Positions 19,315 to 29,885 of a DNA stretch of 64,000 bases are shown piece after piece. Position 1 is the stretch's first letter. Each line of letters opens with the position of its first letter. Location of the stretch: contig JBHLMN010000007.1 in NCBI GenBank assembly GCA_048938105.1, positions 128,001 through 192,000 of the forward strand, read 5' to 3'. The notes beneath the pieces were generated by a model that was given only the letters and a program-made list of their open reading frames with translations, made no database searches and was not told the origin of the DNA. Made by a program: the position numbers and the translations under genes. This stretch comes from Promethearchaeota archaeon (lineage in GTDB: Archaea > Asgardarchaeota > Heimdallarchaeia > Hodarchaeales > Hodarchaeaceae).

Positions 19315-20111
19315 GTGGCAGTGATTATTTTCTTAATTGCAGCCATATAATCCTCTGGTCCATATAATAGTAGATCATTGTGTCCCGCTCCAGGAATAAT
19401 TAATATCTCTTTATTCTCACTTGCAATGTTCTTATGAAGAGCCACTCCTTCTTCTAAAGGAATGATCATGTCATTTTCTCCATGAATAAATAGTGCAGGG
19501 ATCTTTACTTTTCTAATGATAACCAAAGCAGAAGCTTCTTCCTCCTTATCGGGAGGTAATAACGAAGAAGGAACACTTAAGCGCTTTAGTAAGTTATAAG
19601 TATTGGCAAAACCACTTTCAATTATCAAACAAGCGATTTGTTCTTGGTAATAGCTAGCTATCTCGATAGCTGAAGCACTTCCAAGAGATCTCCCCATCAC
19701 TGAAACTGGTCCAACATAGTCCTTTTCAAAGAGATACTTACGAAAACTCTGGTAAATGATATGAGCGTCTTGAATCATACTAGAAAAAGATGGATTGCCA
19801 TCACTCTGCCCATAACCACGATAGTCGACCACGAAAAAGTTTATTCCCATTTGTTGATATGTTGGTCCAATAAAATCATAATCAGTGGCAATCTCACCGT
19901 TTCCGTGAAAGAATAAAATCGTTGGCGAACGTTTGTACTCATTAGTGCGATAAAAACGTCCCACAATATTGATGTCTTGATCAACTGCGAATGAAAGGGA
20001 GAAAGTGTCTTTAGTTTCTCTAGCATTACCCCGATGCTTTCTAGGATAAAAGATTAACCGAATCACATCGGGATGATCCAGAAATGTCAAATCTCTAGTC
20101 TTTTGTTTCAT
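19308..20111 (-). CDS. Alpha/beta hydrolase (ABHD13/17, BEM46-like)
   Basis: FFHGNGE, DYRGYG, GRSLG, HGENDMII, GAGHND. Confidence 0.88.
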   Translation of the reverse strand: MKQKTRDLTFLDHPDVIRLIFYPRKHRGNARETKDTFSLSFAVDQDINIVGRFYRTNEYKRSPTILFFHGNGEIATDYDFIGPTYQQMGINFFVVDYRGYGQSDGNPSFSSMIQDAHIIYQSFRKYLFEKDYVGPVSVMGRSLGSASAIEIASYYQEQIACLIIESGFANTYNLLKRLSVPSSLLPPDKEEEASALVIIRKVKIPALFIHGENDMIIPLEEGVALHKNIASENKEILIIPGAGHNDLLLYGPEDYMAAIKKIITATY

Positions 20112-20140
20112 AATTTATACACCTTTGCAACAAGTTTCAA

Positions 20141-20893
20141 CTAGGTCATTGGTACAAGGATATCGAGAATAATTTTAATAACAACCATTATAGGGACGTA
20201 AACGAAAATAGAAGCAATAAGATCCCAAATATAATGCTCTCCAAGATAAATTACTGAAAAACAGAAAATAGTTGCAAGGGTTAAAAAGAAAAGAATACCT
20301 ATATACCAACCAAGCCAAGGATCGTTTAAAGAGAAAAAGAAACATAAGAGAGCGCCTGCTAACATCATTCCAAAGTGGTTACTCGGTAATCCATTATATA
20401 ATAAACCATTCACATTATCACTTTGCTTAAATTTGAGAAGACGTATTGGCACAACAGGGAGTTCACGGTCAAATTCATTCCACCGAATAGGCACAACTAC
20501 TGGATACAAAAATTGGATAGTCATAGATGTACCCCAAGCTGATAATACCATCACCCCATAACGCCAAGCTTCCTTTCCTTGTAACCCACAAATGAAGATT
20601 TCTATTGCTACTGTAACAGCGAAAACCCAAAACCAAACTTGGATAGCTACGAAATCCAAAACCTTGGTAAGATTCTTATTTGATCTAAGGCGTTTTTGTA
20701 GAAATTGGGTGGGTTTAGGACTCATAAAGACGGCACGACTACGCACTCTATCAGGTGTTTGCCATTTATTAGCACTCAACCAAAAAATTAGCATTACTAT
20801 CATTAAAAGAAGTAAGAATACATTGAAAGGTACTGAAAATGCCTCCTGATAAGCTACGACCACTTCATTCCATATAGCCAAGATTTCACCCAC
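20141..20893 (-). CDS. PAP2-superfamily membrane lipid phosphotransferase/phosphatase (Aur1/IPC-synthase-like)
   Basis: About 6 TM; YPVVVP, GLPSNH and YLGEHYIWD match the PSxH and HxxxD motifs. Confidence 0.7.
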   Translation of the reverse strand: MGEILAIWNEVVVAYQEAFSVPFNVFLLLLMIVMLIFWLSANKWQTPDRVRSRAVFMSPKPTQFLQKRLRSNKNLTKVLDFVAIQVWFWVFAVTVAIEIFICGLQGKEAWRYGVMVLSAWGTSMTIQFLYPVVVPIRWNEFDRELPVVPIRLLKFKQSDNVNGLLYNGLPSNHFGMMLAGALLCFFFSLNDPWLGWYIGILFFLTLATIFCFSVIYLGEHYIWDLIASIFVYVPIMVVIKIILDILVPMT

Positions 20894-21118
20894 TGAAAAT
20901 GTCTAATCTTTGATGTATGGCAAGTGAGAGAAAAATCTATCCAAGTTCTTGTATTTTATGGAAAAAAATCTTTGTTTTTTCCCTGTACATTCTTCCTGTT
21001 TTGATTCGATAGCTAAATTAACCTGATTCTAAGCATCAAAAACGAGTATTATTTTTAGCAATTAATCAAGATTTTCATCTCGAATATTTTTTAAGGAATC
21101 AATGAGAAATATAGATGT

Positions 21119-21766
21119 ATGATCGGATTTCCTAAGAAAATGTATGCTAGCTTATATGTAATATTACTGATTTTCATATCTAACAGTTTTTTAGTTGAAT
21201 CAAGAGCTCAATTTCATATAGAATCTACAGACATCATGACTAAACCACTCATTATACGAATTACGGGCATAAATTGGACTTTAACTTCTCATTCTTCTAA
21301 TAAATACACTTCTGTCGAATTTGTATTGGTATATGAATACGAAAATTATTCTAATGAGAATGTGACCCTAGGTTTTGCAATGATGGGCCCTTATCCTCTT
21401 GAGTCTAAAATTAAACTACAAAACAAATCATTATTCTTTTCAAAACCAAGTGCGATCTGCAGATGCGTTGTAGGTTCAAGAACCTATACTCCTGGTATTC
21501 AAACAAGCAAGGAAAGCTATTCTTCTAACATTAATACTACAGGAATCAATCAACTTCCTATGGGAATATATCGTTTATGGCCCTCTAATCGATCTAATGA
21601 AGTAAATACCTTTGGGGTAGTAATTACTCTCTTAGATGATGGTTCCTTAACTATTGTTTATGAGTATAAAGACAGAGTATTCATAGCCATTGGTTATGCT
21701 TGGATTAATTGTGGACTAGTATGTATTGCTTTTGTTTTAATAAAAAGAAAGTATGATAAAAAATAA
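21119..21766 (+). CDS. Hypothetical exported protein with C-terminal TM anchor
   Basis: Signal peptide, several N-x-S/T sequons, C-terminal hydrophobic helix followed by KRKYDKK. Confidence 0.7.
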   Translation: MIGFPKKMYASLYVILLIFISNSFLVESRAQFHIESTDIMTKPLIIRITGINWTLTSHSSNKYTSVEFVLVYEYENYSNENVTLGFAMMGPYPLESKIKLQNKSLFFSKPSAICRCVVGSRTYTPGIQTSKESYSSNINTTGINQLPMGIYRLWPSNRSNEVNTFGVVITLLDDGSLTIVYEYKDRVFIAIGYAWINCGLVCIAFVLIKRKYDKK

Positions 21767-22005
21767 AATTAACTTAAATTTAACTTTATTTGAAGAATCT
21801 AGTTTAATTTTTTTATAGAAGCTTTTATAGTCTTTTATATTACGTTTCATGGGATGAGGTCTGTGATAATCCAAAATGAACACTCACTATTTCTTAAACG
21901 ATGATCTGGTATGAATTTCGTGCTCGAATACCATATGAAAATAGCGTTATTATGTAAATGACGTGACTTTCCTCCCTTTAAAATGCAATATAAAGATAGA
22001 GACCA

Positions 22006-22437
22006 CTATTTCTTCTTCTTATGATTCTTTAATGTTTTCAAAAACCCAGATGCATCTAGGAATGATTGTGCTTTCTCAAAATCAGCCTCATCAACAGCGA
22101 AGGCAATATCAGCGACTTTTCCTGCAAATCGTAAAATATAAAAGGAAAGTAGACGGATATTTTGATCTTCAAACAGCTGAGCAAAGTGTCCAAAAGAACC
22201 AGGTTCATCTAGGATGGATACAACTAAAATATCTTGTGTAGAAAACGGAATTTCAAGTTCTCTTAACGCTTTTATCGTCTTATCTTCGTGGTCAGTAAAT
22301 AAAACCGCAGTACAGACTCCAAAGGCAGTCGTCCCAGCCATTGAAACAATATCGATGTTATATCTGCCAAAAGCTTTGCCAATCTGCGCGAGAACATGAC
22401 TATTTTCTAGATGAATTACAAACTGTTTCAATCTCAA
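22006..22437 (-). CDS. Tandem ACT domain protein
   Basis: LKQFVIHLEN...NIDI, DEPGSFG...QNI; 143-aa two-ACT architecture. Confidence 0.78.
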   Translation of the reverse strand: MRLKQFVIHLENSHVLAQIGKAFGRYNIDIVSMAGTTAFGVCTAVLFTDHEDKTIKALRELEIPFSTQDILVVSILDEPGSFGHFAQLFEDQNIRLLSFYILRFAGKVADIAFAVDEADFEKAQSFLDASGFLKTLKNHKKKK

Positions 22438-22551
22438 AACCCCTAGTAGAGTAATCTACCCTAAGCTTATTTATAAACTTTCACTTCAATTAAAAGAAAT
22501 TATAACTCAATTTTCTGGGAAGATCACATTTATCCTGCTAACAGTGCTTAT

Positions 22552-23295
22552 CTATAAAACCTGAGTCAGTTCTGTAATATTAGAAATAATTTTGTGGAAA
22601 TTGAACTTTGCACCCATATCTTTTTTCGATTTATCTCTAGGAGAGCAAACCCAAAGGGCCTTAATCCCGAATTGTATCGCTCCCTTGATATCTGCGTCAA
22701 TCTCATCGCCTACATGGATAATGTGCTCCTTACTACGATAAGATAAACCTGATATCGCGGCTGCAAATACTTTAGGACTGGGTTTTCTCCAACCCAAATC
22801 TCCTGAGAATATTATCTGATCAAAATAACTAACAATATCAAATTTTCGAAGGACGTCCCAGCCATTCTTCGCCCATGAATGGTTGGATGCTAATACTAAT
22901 GTATAATCATTCTCTTTCAAATAATCTAGAGTCTTTAACATTCCTGGAAATGAATGAATTAAGGGTAAAGCTGAATCAAAGTAATATTCAATGATCTTTG
23001 TAGCTAATGCCGATAACTCTGAAGATAACTCCATGTATTGGCTTAAGACATCAAATAGGATATCATCGTTACGAAACTCCATCTCAGTCTCCTTATTATG
23101 AACTTTTTGTCGAACAGCACTATAATAATCTGTAATTATGTTATCTAATGTAATTTTAGGTATTTTTTGTTGAAGTTCTGGGAATTCAAGTAGAGCTTTT
23201 TCCATATGAGACCAAACATCAAAGGAACTGCGATCAACATACACGAGAGTGTTAAATAGATCCAATGAAACAATATCAAAATCTTTTTGTGACAT
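22552..23295 (-). CDS. HAD-superfamily hydrolase
   Basis: DLFNTL, ASN, RKPSP, HVGDEIDADI. Confidence 0.88.
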   Translation of the reverse strand: MSQKDFDIVSLDLFNTLVYVDRSSFDVWSHMEKALLEFPELQQKIPKITLDNIITDYYSAVRQKVHNKETEMEFRNDDILFDVLSQYMELSSELSALATKIIEYYFDSALPLIHSFPGMLKTLDYLKENDYTLVLASNHSWAKNGWDVLRKFDIVSYFDQIIFSGDLGWRKPSPKVFAAAISGLSYRSKEHIIHVGDEIDADIKGAIQFGIKALWVCSPRDKSKKDMGAKFNFHKIISNITELTQVL

Positions 23296-23312
23296 CTGTT
23301 CTAGCTTCCAAA

Positions 23313-24968
23313 TTATGCACGAAAATGACGATATTTCATGTATGTTAAAATCTCATAAAAGTATTTTCCACCAAAAACACCTGATGCTTTCAATCCACCT
23401 AAATGGGGGGTATAATCAGTCATGTGAAGGTGATCGGTGTTGATACATACCCCTGGGGCTTGGATTTCGTCGAAGAAAGGCCCCCATATCTCAGGAAGAT
23501 CAGTATACACTGATGTCCGCAATCCATAAGATGTATTGTTAGCTTGATTAATGGCTTCTTTAAAATTGCGAATTTTCATGATTGGTAACACAGGACCAAA
23601 AGTTTCATGGTACCACATCTTACAGGTAAAGTCTACATTTGTTAAGATAGTTGGCTTATAGAACAACCCAGCCTCATCGTGTTCTCCAGCAAAATTCATT
23701 CGATATCCTCCTGTTTCGACATTAGCACCCTTTTGAAGAGCCTCATCAATCATATCGATGATTTGGTACAATGCTCTCGTTCCAATGACAGGAAGATCAG
23801 TTTTACTGTCTGAAGGTAAGCCTACACGGAGTTTGTCAGCTTTTTCACAAAGAAGTGCTATAAAATCTTCAAAAATGGCTTCATGAAGAAAGAGACGTTT
23901 AACAGCTAAGCAAGTTTGACCAGATCCAAAAAATCGACCATGAATAATATGATCAGCAACCTTGTCAAGGTCAACATCCTTCCAGACCAAACTGGCACCA
24001 CTCCCCGCTAGTTCGGGAACAAAATGCATCCCTCGTCTAACAGCTTTGCTCATTAATTCTAACCCAACATCTGAGTCACCATAGTAAACCATAGCATCGA
24101 GAGGAGACTCACTAACCATATAATTAGCAATTGGTTTACCAGGCCCAATAATGGCTTGGAATGCACTCAAAGGAAAATCCATTTCTTCCATCGTATCGCG
24201 TAACACATAAGCAACAGCCATATTTGTTAAAGGTACCCTAGTAGGTGAACGAATTACAGTTGCATTTCCTGCAAAATACGAAGAATAGATGGCTAAAAGA
24301 CCAAGGCCAATAGCTGCATTATAAGGTGGAAATATCCCGACCGCACCAAAAGGATATCGGTGAAGAATGGTCCTCTCTCCTTTCACTGTACATGGGATCT
24401 CTTTAGAACTAATTCGGGATGTACAGAATTCTACTTCGGCTTTACTTTTTAATGCTTTGAAAACTGTGCTTTGGTATTCAAATAGAGGAAGGGGAGTTCC
24501 CTCTGCTATTGCGATAGATTTGAAATCGTCATAATTTTTCCACATATGTTTAGCCATAACTGCAATACTCTCACCACGTTCTTCCAATGTCAATCCTGCT
24601 CCAGATTTAGCTAAATCCCTGTGCATCAAACCTTTTATTCGAGAGGCTTCCTCTGATGCAATTACTGTTTCTTTTACATTACCTATTGTGAATTCAGCAA
24701 ATTGAATGTCTGCTATTTCTGAAGCAGTAGCTTCAGGCCAACCATGTACTTTAATATGGTCTTTAAGTAACCGCATTTCAGGGCTTTTCTCTGGAAGGAT
24801 TCCCGTGAATCGTCGTGCCATTAAGCGTTGGAATGATCCTTGAGATTTTAACACAGAAGCAAAAAGGATATGAGGAGCTTGAATTACTTTCTCCATATTA
24901 GGAAAAGTTCCTGTTGGAAGCCCTTCTGTTACAATTTCACCTTTGAGTAAATTACCAAATGTTCTCAT
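23313..24968 (-). CDS. Aldehyde dehydrogenase family protein (divergent)
   Basis: PFGAVGIFPPYN, AGN, ELAG, SGQTC (catalytic Cys), ETFGPV, ANNTSYGL, GGLKASG. Confidence 0.88.
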   Translation of the reverse strand: MRTFGNLLKGEIVTEGLPTGTFPNMEKVIQAPHILFASVLKSQGSFQRLMARRFTGILPEKSPEMRLLKDHIKVHGWPEATASEIADIQFAEFTIGNVKETVIASEEASRIKGLMHRDLAKSGAGLTLEERGESIAVMAKHMWKNYDDFKSIAIAEGTPLPLFEYQSTVFKALKSKAEVEFCTSRISSKEIPCTVKGERTILHRYPFGAVGIFPPYNAAIGLGLLAIYSSYFAGNATVIRSPTRVPLTNMAVAYVLRDTMEEMDFPLSAFQAIIGPGKPIANYMVSESPLDAMVYYGDSDVGLELMSKAVRRGMHFVPELAGSGASLVWKDVDLDKVADHIIHGRFFGSGQTCLAVKRLFLHEAIFEDFIALLCEKADKLRVGLPSDSKTDLPVIGTRALYQIIDMIDEALQKGANVETGGYRMNFAGEHDEAGLFYKPTILTNVDFTCKMWYHETFGPVLPIMKIRNFKEAINQANNTSYGLRTSVYTDLPEIWGPFFDEIQAPGVCINTDHLHMTDYTPHLGGLKASGVFGGKYFYEILTYMKYRHFRA

Positions 24969-25012
24969 GAATCATCTATCCAACATTGAATTATAAAGAA
25001 AATCCCAATACA

Positions 25013-26569
25013 CTATCTAGAAAATGTTTCTGGTGAAAATTTAAACATTCGTGCGAATTTCATGAGGAGATCCATATCATCAGTGGTGATATTGACTTTA
25101 CCAGCCATCATAGCTTGCATTGCGTCCTGTTTTCCTAACATAATATTCTTCCAAGTCTTAGAGTCTGTTTCAACAGTCATTAGTGCCTGGTCTGTTGTAC
25201 CCTCTTCCACACGACATTGTTGATTCTGAATATATAGTAACCAAGTATCAGCATCAGAAAAGTCGAATTGAATTAAAGCAGTGACACCTTCAGCTCTTTC
25301 AGGACGAAAACCTTTTGGAATTTTCGCCATCATTGTTGAAAAATCAATCTGAACTTCTGGAATTTCCCTTACTTTTCCTCTTTTCTGTTCAACATACACT
25401 TCTCGCTGAATCAGGAACCGCATGATTTCGGAGGTTCCACCACCAATGGTTCCTAAGCGGGCATCGCGATAAAACTTTTCAATACCAGAGTAATCCTTAA
25501 CATATCCCTCTCCTCCCAAGATTTGGATTGCCATATCTGTGACTTTAAGGGCTGCTTCAGTCGCAAACAGTTTAGCCATTGTAGCTTCTTTCGTTGCTGG
25601 TTTTCTTCGTTCTATAATTCTTGCAGCGGTTACAGTCATCAATCTAGCAGCTCGCATAAGCGTCGCCATGTCAGCAATTTTGAATGATATGGCTTCAAAG
25701 CGGGAAATGGGGCGTTCAAATTGAACTCTACTCATAGAGTGCTCAACCGCTATTTCGAAAGGTTTTCTCATACATCCGAGGGACTCCGCTGCAATACCAA
25801 CCCGCTCAGTGTCTAATTCATCCATTAGTATTAAGAATCCTTGGTTCTGCTTTCCTAGTAGGTTTTCAGGAGGGATTTTCATATCTTCAATCTTAAAATG
25901 CGTGTTATGTACTCCACGACGTCCCATTAAATCAAAATCTTTTATGACAGAGAAACCCTCCCATTTTGTTTCAATTATGAATGCAGACATCCCTGACCTA
26001 CTATCTACAGATGGATCTGTAATAGCGAAGGTAACTATTTGATCTGCGATGGATCCATTTGTAATAAACCTTTTTTCACCATTCAATATCCAAACTTGTT
26101 CCTGTTCGTCCCAAATGGCTTTGGTTTCCATACCTGCAGTATCACTACCAACATTAGGTTCAGTAATAGCTAGAGATCCTATTGTCTCTCCTTTTGCCAG
26201 AGGTAATAGGTATTTTTTCTTTTGGTCTTCTGTTCCAAATCGTAAGACAGGAATTGCAGAAAGAGTACAACTTGCACCAAATCCCATAGTAAGAGCTGGG
26301 CTTACAGTCGAGATTTCTTCTCCTGCAATGAGCTGATACATCAAGGATTTCTCCAATCCCCCGTATTTTTGAGGTATCATTATTCCTGTGAAGCCATTCC
26401 TTCCCATTTTACGCATAAGATCGCGCCACATACCTTCTGACATTGGAGCTTCTTTCTCGACCCTCTTAGCAATAGGTACAATTTCTTTCTCTACAAATTC
26501 TCTAGCAACCTCTCGAAATGTAAGTTCATCTTCAGTGTAAAGTAAATCTTCATCATTAATCAAAGTCAT
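25013..26569 (-). CDS. Acyl-CoA dehydrogenase fused to a C-terminal SCP2 lipid-binding domain
   Basis: AITEPNVGSD, LNGEKRFITNG, RVQFERPI, QILGGEG, GGTSEI; C-terminal IQFDF...DAMQAMMAGKV. Confidence 0.92.
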   Translation of the reverse strand: MTLINDEDLLYTEDELTFREVAREFVEKEIVPIAKRVEKEAPMSEGMWRDLMRKMGRNGFTGIMIPQKYGGLEKSLMYQLIAGEEISTVSPALTMGFGASCTLSAIPVLRFGTEDQKKKYLLPLAKGETIGSLAITEPNVGSDTAGMETKAIWDEQEQVWILNGEKRFITNGSIADQIVTFAITDPSVDSRSGMSAFIIETKWEGFSVIKDFDLMGRRGVHNTHFKIEDMKIPPENLLGKQNQGFLILMDELDTERVGIAAESLGCMRKPFEIAVEHSMSRVQFERPISRFEAISFKIADMATLMRAARLMTVTAARIIERRKPATKEATMAKLFATEAALKVTDMAIQILGGEGYVKDYSGIEKFYRDARLGTIGGGTSEIMRFLIQREVYVEQKRGKVREIPEVQIDFSTMMAKIPKGFRPERAEGVTALIQFDFSDADTWLLYIQNQQCRVEEGTTDQALMTVETDSKTWKNIMLGKQDAMQAMMAGKVNITTDDMDLLMKFARMFKFSPETFSR

Positions 26570-26860
26570 TGGAGATCAACTTATAAAAACAAACTAAGGA
26601 CCTATCTTTTTTCTGATAATTTTTCTTTTTGGGTTTGAATAACAACTTTTGAGGTTAATTCTACTTACTTATTATTATAAATTCACTTCTTGTCTTATGT
26701 TTGTGGTTTCTGTATTTTCTTTTTATTCCTTTCCGCTATTTTCCTTTAATTATATCTATTTTTTCGAAAATCTTTCCAACAGACTAATTTATATACAAAA
26801 AATAATTAATTAATATCTTGCTTTAAGTCTCAAATTTTCACGTTTAAGGTGAATATACTT

Positions 26861-28564
26861 ATGGATCAAGAACCTTTTTTTTGGAAAAAAAACTGGGATG
26901 AAGGTGTAAAAGACCTAGATCCACAACTTTGGGAAACAACTTATCCCCAAGCAATTAGAGACACTTTTGAAACATTACCTAATAATTTAGCCCTTGAATA
27001 TCTCGGTGTGGAAATCACCTTTGGAGAATTAGATCGTTATTCAAATCAATTTGCTCACATGTTAATCGAAGAGGGTTTCCAATTAGGAGATAGGATTGGA
27101 ATCAACTTACCTAACATTCCACAATTCGTTATTGCACTCCTAGGAGCATTAAAGGCAGGGTGTGTTGTCACCGGTGTGTCTTTCCTCCTCTCTGAGGATC
27201 AATTATTATATCAATTGAAAGATTCGGAAACTAAAGGGATAGTCACTTTGGACGCAATTTTTGAAAAAAGATTACTAAGTATTGCTCCGCAGCTGCCAAA
27301 TTTACAATTATATGTTTGTACAAGTATAGGGGGATTTTTACCTAAAATAAAACAGGTTTTAGGTAAACTACTTGGAAAGATACCTAAAGGCAAGGTCATC
27401 CCTCTCAGTGGAAAAACTGTTTTAAATTTCATGGACATTTTTAAAACAGAACGTTATTCAACATCTCTACCAGAAAATAAATTATCTCCTGATGACCTCG
27501 CATATGTTCTCTATACAGGAGGAACCACTGGTCCTCCTAAGGGGGCTATGCTCACACATCGTAATATCATGTCAAATATCTTCATGGTAATGAAGTGGTT
27601 GAACTGGGAGAAAGGCAGTGGGAGTGCACTTTCTGGCTTTCCTTTTTTTCATATAGCAGGTTTGTTTTTCTGTGAGAATTGTATATTCCTTGGTTGGCCT
27701 CAACTACTTGTCCCAAATCCTCGTGATACTGACCATATATGTAAATTAATGAAAAAATATCAACCAACGTGTCTAGTTAATGTGCCCTCTCTTTTCCAGA
27801 TGTTGTTAAAAAATCCAAAATTTAAAGAACTAAATCATTCCAAATTAGACACCTGTATTTCAGCTGCCTCACCCTTTCCTGTCGAATCCCAAAAAGAATT
27901 GGAGAGTATTGTAGGAGATGGTAAATTGCTCGAAGTATACGGCATGACCGAGACTTCCCCCTTAACGACAATGAATCCTTACAGAGGTACTAAAAAATTA
28001 GGGTCTATCGGGTTGCCCTTACAGAATACTCATATTATGTTAGTAGATCCATCAACTGGAGAAGAGGTTAAGCTTGGTGAGACAGGAGAAATTTGTGTGA
28101 AAGGCCCCCAAGTGATGAAATGTTACTGGAATAAGCCTGAAGCTACGCAAGAAACCATTGATGAGGATGGCTACATCCATACTGGGGATGTGGCGATCAT
28201 GGATGAGGATGGATACCTACGAATTGTTGATCGTACAAAAGATATGATTATTGTTAGTGGTTTTAAGGTCTTTTCCAGCAAATTAGAAGATACTCTGACT
28301 GAACATCCAGCTATAAATATGATTGCTACTATTGGAGTTCCCAATCCAGACCGCCCAGGTTCTGAACTTGTTAAAGCATATATCACGATCTCTCCAAGCT
28401 ATACATATGATGGAGACAATGATCGTCTAAAAGAGGAGATAATTAAGTGGGTAAAAGGAAAAGTCTCACCTTATGAGGTTCCAAAAATCATAGAGATTCG
28501 TGAAGAATTACCATTAACTACTATTGGTAAAGTGGATAAAAAGCTATTACGCCAAGAAAGATAA
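26861..28564 (+). CDS. fadD: Long-chain fatty acid-CoA ligase
   Basis: YTGGTTGPPKG, YGMTETSP, GEICVKGPQVM, TGD, DRTKDMI, GKVDKK; GTG 26849 is an alternative start. Confidence 0.9.
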   Translation: MDQEPFFWKKNWDEGVKDLDPQLWETTYPQAIRDTFETLPNNLALEYLGVEITFGELDRYSNQFAHMLIEEGFQLGDRIGINLPNIPQFVIALLGALKAGCVVTGVSFLLSEDQLLYQLKDSETKGIVTLDAIFEKRLLSIAPQLPNLQLYVCTSIGGFLPKIKQVLGKLLGKIPKGKVIPLSGKTVLNFMDIFKTERYSTSLPENKLSPDDLAYVLYTGGTTGPPKGAMLTHRNIMSNIFMVMKWLNWEKGSGSALSGFPFFHIAGLFFCENCIFLGWPQLLVPNPRDTDHICKLMKKYQPTCLVNVPSLFQMLLKNPKFKELNHSKLDTCISAASPFPVESQKELESIVGDGKLLEVYGMTETSPLTTMNPYRGTKKLGSIGLPLQNTHIMLVDPSTGEEVKLGETGEICVKGPQVMKCYWNKPEATQETIDEDGYIHTGDVAIMDEDGYLRIVDRTKDMIIVSGFKVFSSKLEDTLTEHPAINMIATIGVPNPDRPGSELVKAYITISPSYTYDGDNDRLKEEIIKWVKGKVSPYEVPKIIEIREELPLTTIGKVDKKLLRQER

Positions 28565-28596
28565 TAACATTCCTTAACTCAATCGAGAATTCCATC

Positions 28597-29256
28597 ATGC
28601 ATATTTTGTATTTATACGGTTTTGCTTCTGGGCCTCAATCAAATAAAGCTCAATTCTTTAAAGAGAAGTTTAATTCACTGGATGTACCCTTTGATATTTT
28701 TGATTATATCCCTAATAGAGAGAGCTTCAGTAACTTAAAGACTTCCAAGTTATTAGAAAATCTCCACTCCTACATCGAGTTAAATTATACTAAAGAAACT
28801 GATATTGTTTTATTTGGATCAAGCTTTGGTGCTTTTTTATCAGTTTGGTATACAAGTAAGCATCCTGAAAGAGTCCAAAATCTTATTTTAATAGCTCCAG
28901 CGTTACGATTTTCTGCACATTTAATCTGTGAAACACATGGAATCAATCCTTCACTCTGGGAAAAACAAGGATTGATAAACGTCTTTCATTATCGATATAA
29001 TGGAGAAATTCCGTTGAAATATACTTTTTATGAAGATCTTGTTGAAAATCCCCTCCCAGATTTTGATAAAGTAGGGATTTCAATTCCTATTCTAATCCTT
29101 CATGGCAAATCAGACAATGTTGTGCCAATAATAGGGAGTAAACAATTTGCAGATAGTAATCGACAAGTCACGCTTCATGAATTAAATGGAGACCACCAGT
29201 TACTAGATCAAAAGGATGCAATGTGGGATTTAGTGAAGGATTTTTTAGGAATATAG
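28597..29256 (+). CDS. YqiA/YcfP-type alpha/beta esterase
   Basis: YLYGFASGPQSNK, GSSFG, HGKSDNVV, GDH. Confidence 0.82.
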   Translation: MHILYLYGFASGPQSNKAQFFKEKFNSLDVPFDIFDYIPNRESFSNLKTSKLLENLHSYIELNYTKETDIVLFGSSFGAFLSVWYTSKHPERVQNLILIAPALRFSAHLICETHGINPSLWEKQGLINVFHYRYNGEIPLKYTFYEDLVENPLPDFDKVGISIPILILHGKSDNVVPIIGSKQFADSNRQVTLHELNGDHQLLDQKDAMWDLVKDFLGI

Positions 29257-29268
29257 TTTTTTCCAAGT

Positions 29269-29646
29269 CTACACAAGGTTATAGATAATCTCTTCCAATT
29301 CTTCTCTTACAGCAGTACTGAGTTTTTGTAGTTCCTTCCCTTGAATTGTTGTCGCGTCATATTTGGGATTAGCCCATCCAACTAGCATGGGCCACACATT
29401 CACACCAGTGTTATGTTCATCTTGCACTTTGAGAAGTGGGGCGAGTAAGAGTTCTATCTCACGGTATGTCTTTTTTGACAATTTAAAATTCAACAATGGG
29501 CAAAAATAACGGTCATTTTGTTTTATCAAAGGGCGTACATCTTGGGAATAGCATAAAACATCCTTTCCGAGTTGAAGAACACAACCCGCCTGAAAATCAT
29601 ATCTTTCTATACGAAAAGGGCACCAACCCGTGCTATATGCCTGCAT
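29269..29646 (-). CDS. Hypothetical four-Cys protein, paralog A
   Basis: Clear paralogy with 29886..30293 (CPFR, GCVLQLGKD, CY, RPLI, CPL, LSxxTYREI); GAGGT RBS. Confidence 0.8.
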   Translation of the reverse strand: MQAYSTGWCPFRIERYDFQAGCVLQLGKDVLCYSQDVRPLIKQNDRYFCPLLNFKLSKKTYREIELLLAPLLKVQDEHNTGVNVWPMLVGWANPKYDATTIQGKELQKLSTAVREELEEIIYNLV

Positions 29647-29737
29647 TAAAGACCTCTGGGGGCAGTAAAACCAAGAAATCTGTGATCAGATCTATTTTAT
29701 ACATTTCTTGAATTCTGTGCTTAGTTGTATCTTCTAC

Positions 29738-29751
29738 ATTTTTTAAACCTT
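29738..29751 (-). promoter_or_regulatory. Promoter-like 14-mer AAGGTTTAAAAAAT upstream of paralog A
   Basis: Identical 14-mer upstream of paralog B (30315-30328); contains a TTTAAAAA TATA box. Confidence 0.55.
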
Positions 29752-29885
29752 ACCAAAGAAAAAACCAGTATTTCCATTAGGGATCTTAATGGATAATTTG
29801 CGCTGCTAAAGATGAATTCAATAGTTCTATTTTCATCCTATTCTTATAATAAAATATCTCATGAACCAAAAGTATCTATATCAGC

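Noticed and set aside
21907-21933. Hairpin TGGTA-tgaat-TTCG-tgct-CGAA-TACCA as a SECIS or sRNA
   Set aside because: Helix too short for a SECIS, no in-frame TGA selenoprotein candidate nearby, no complete C/D boxes
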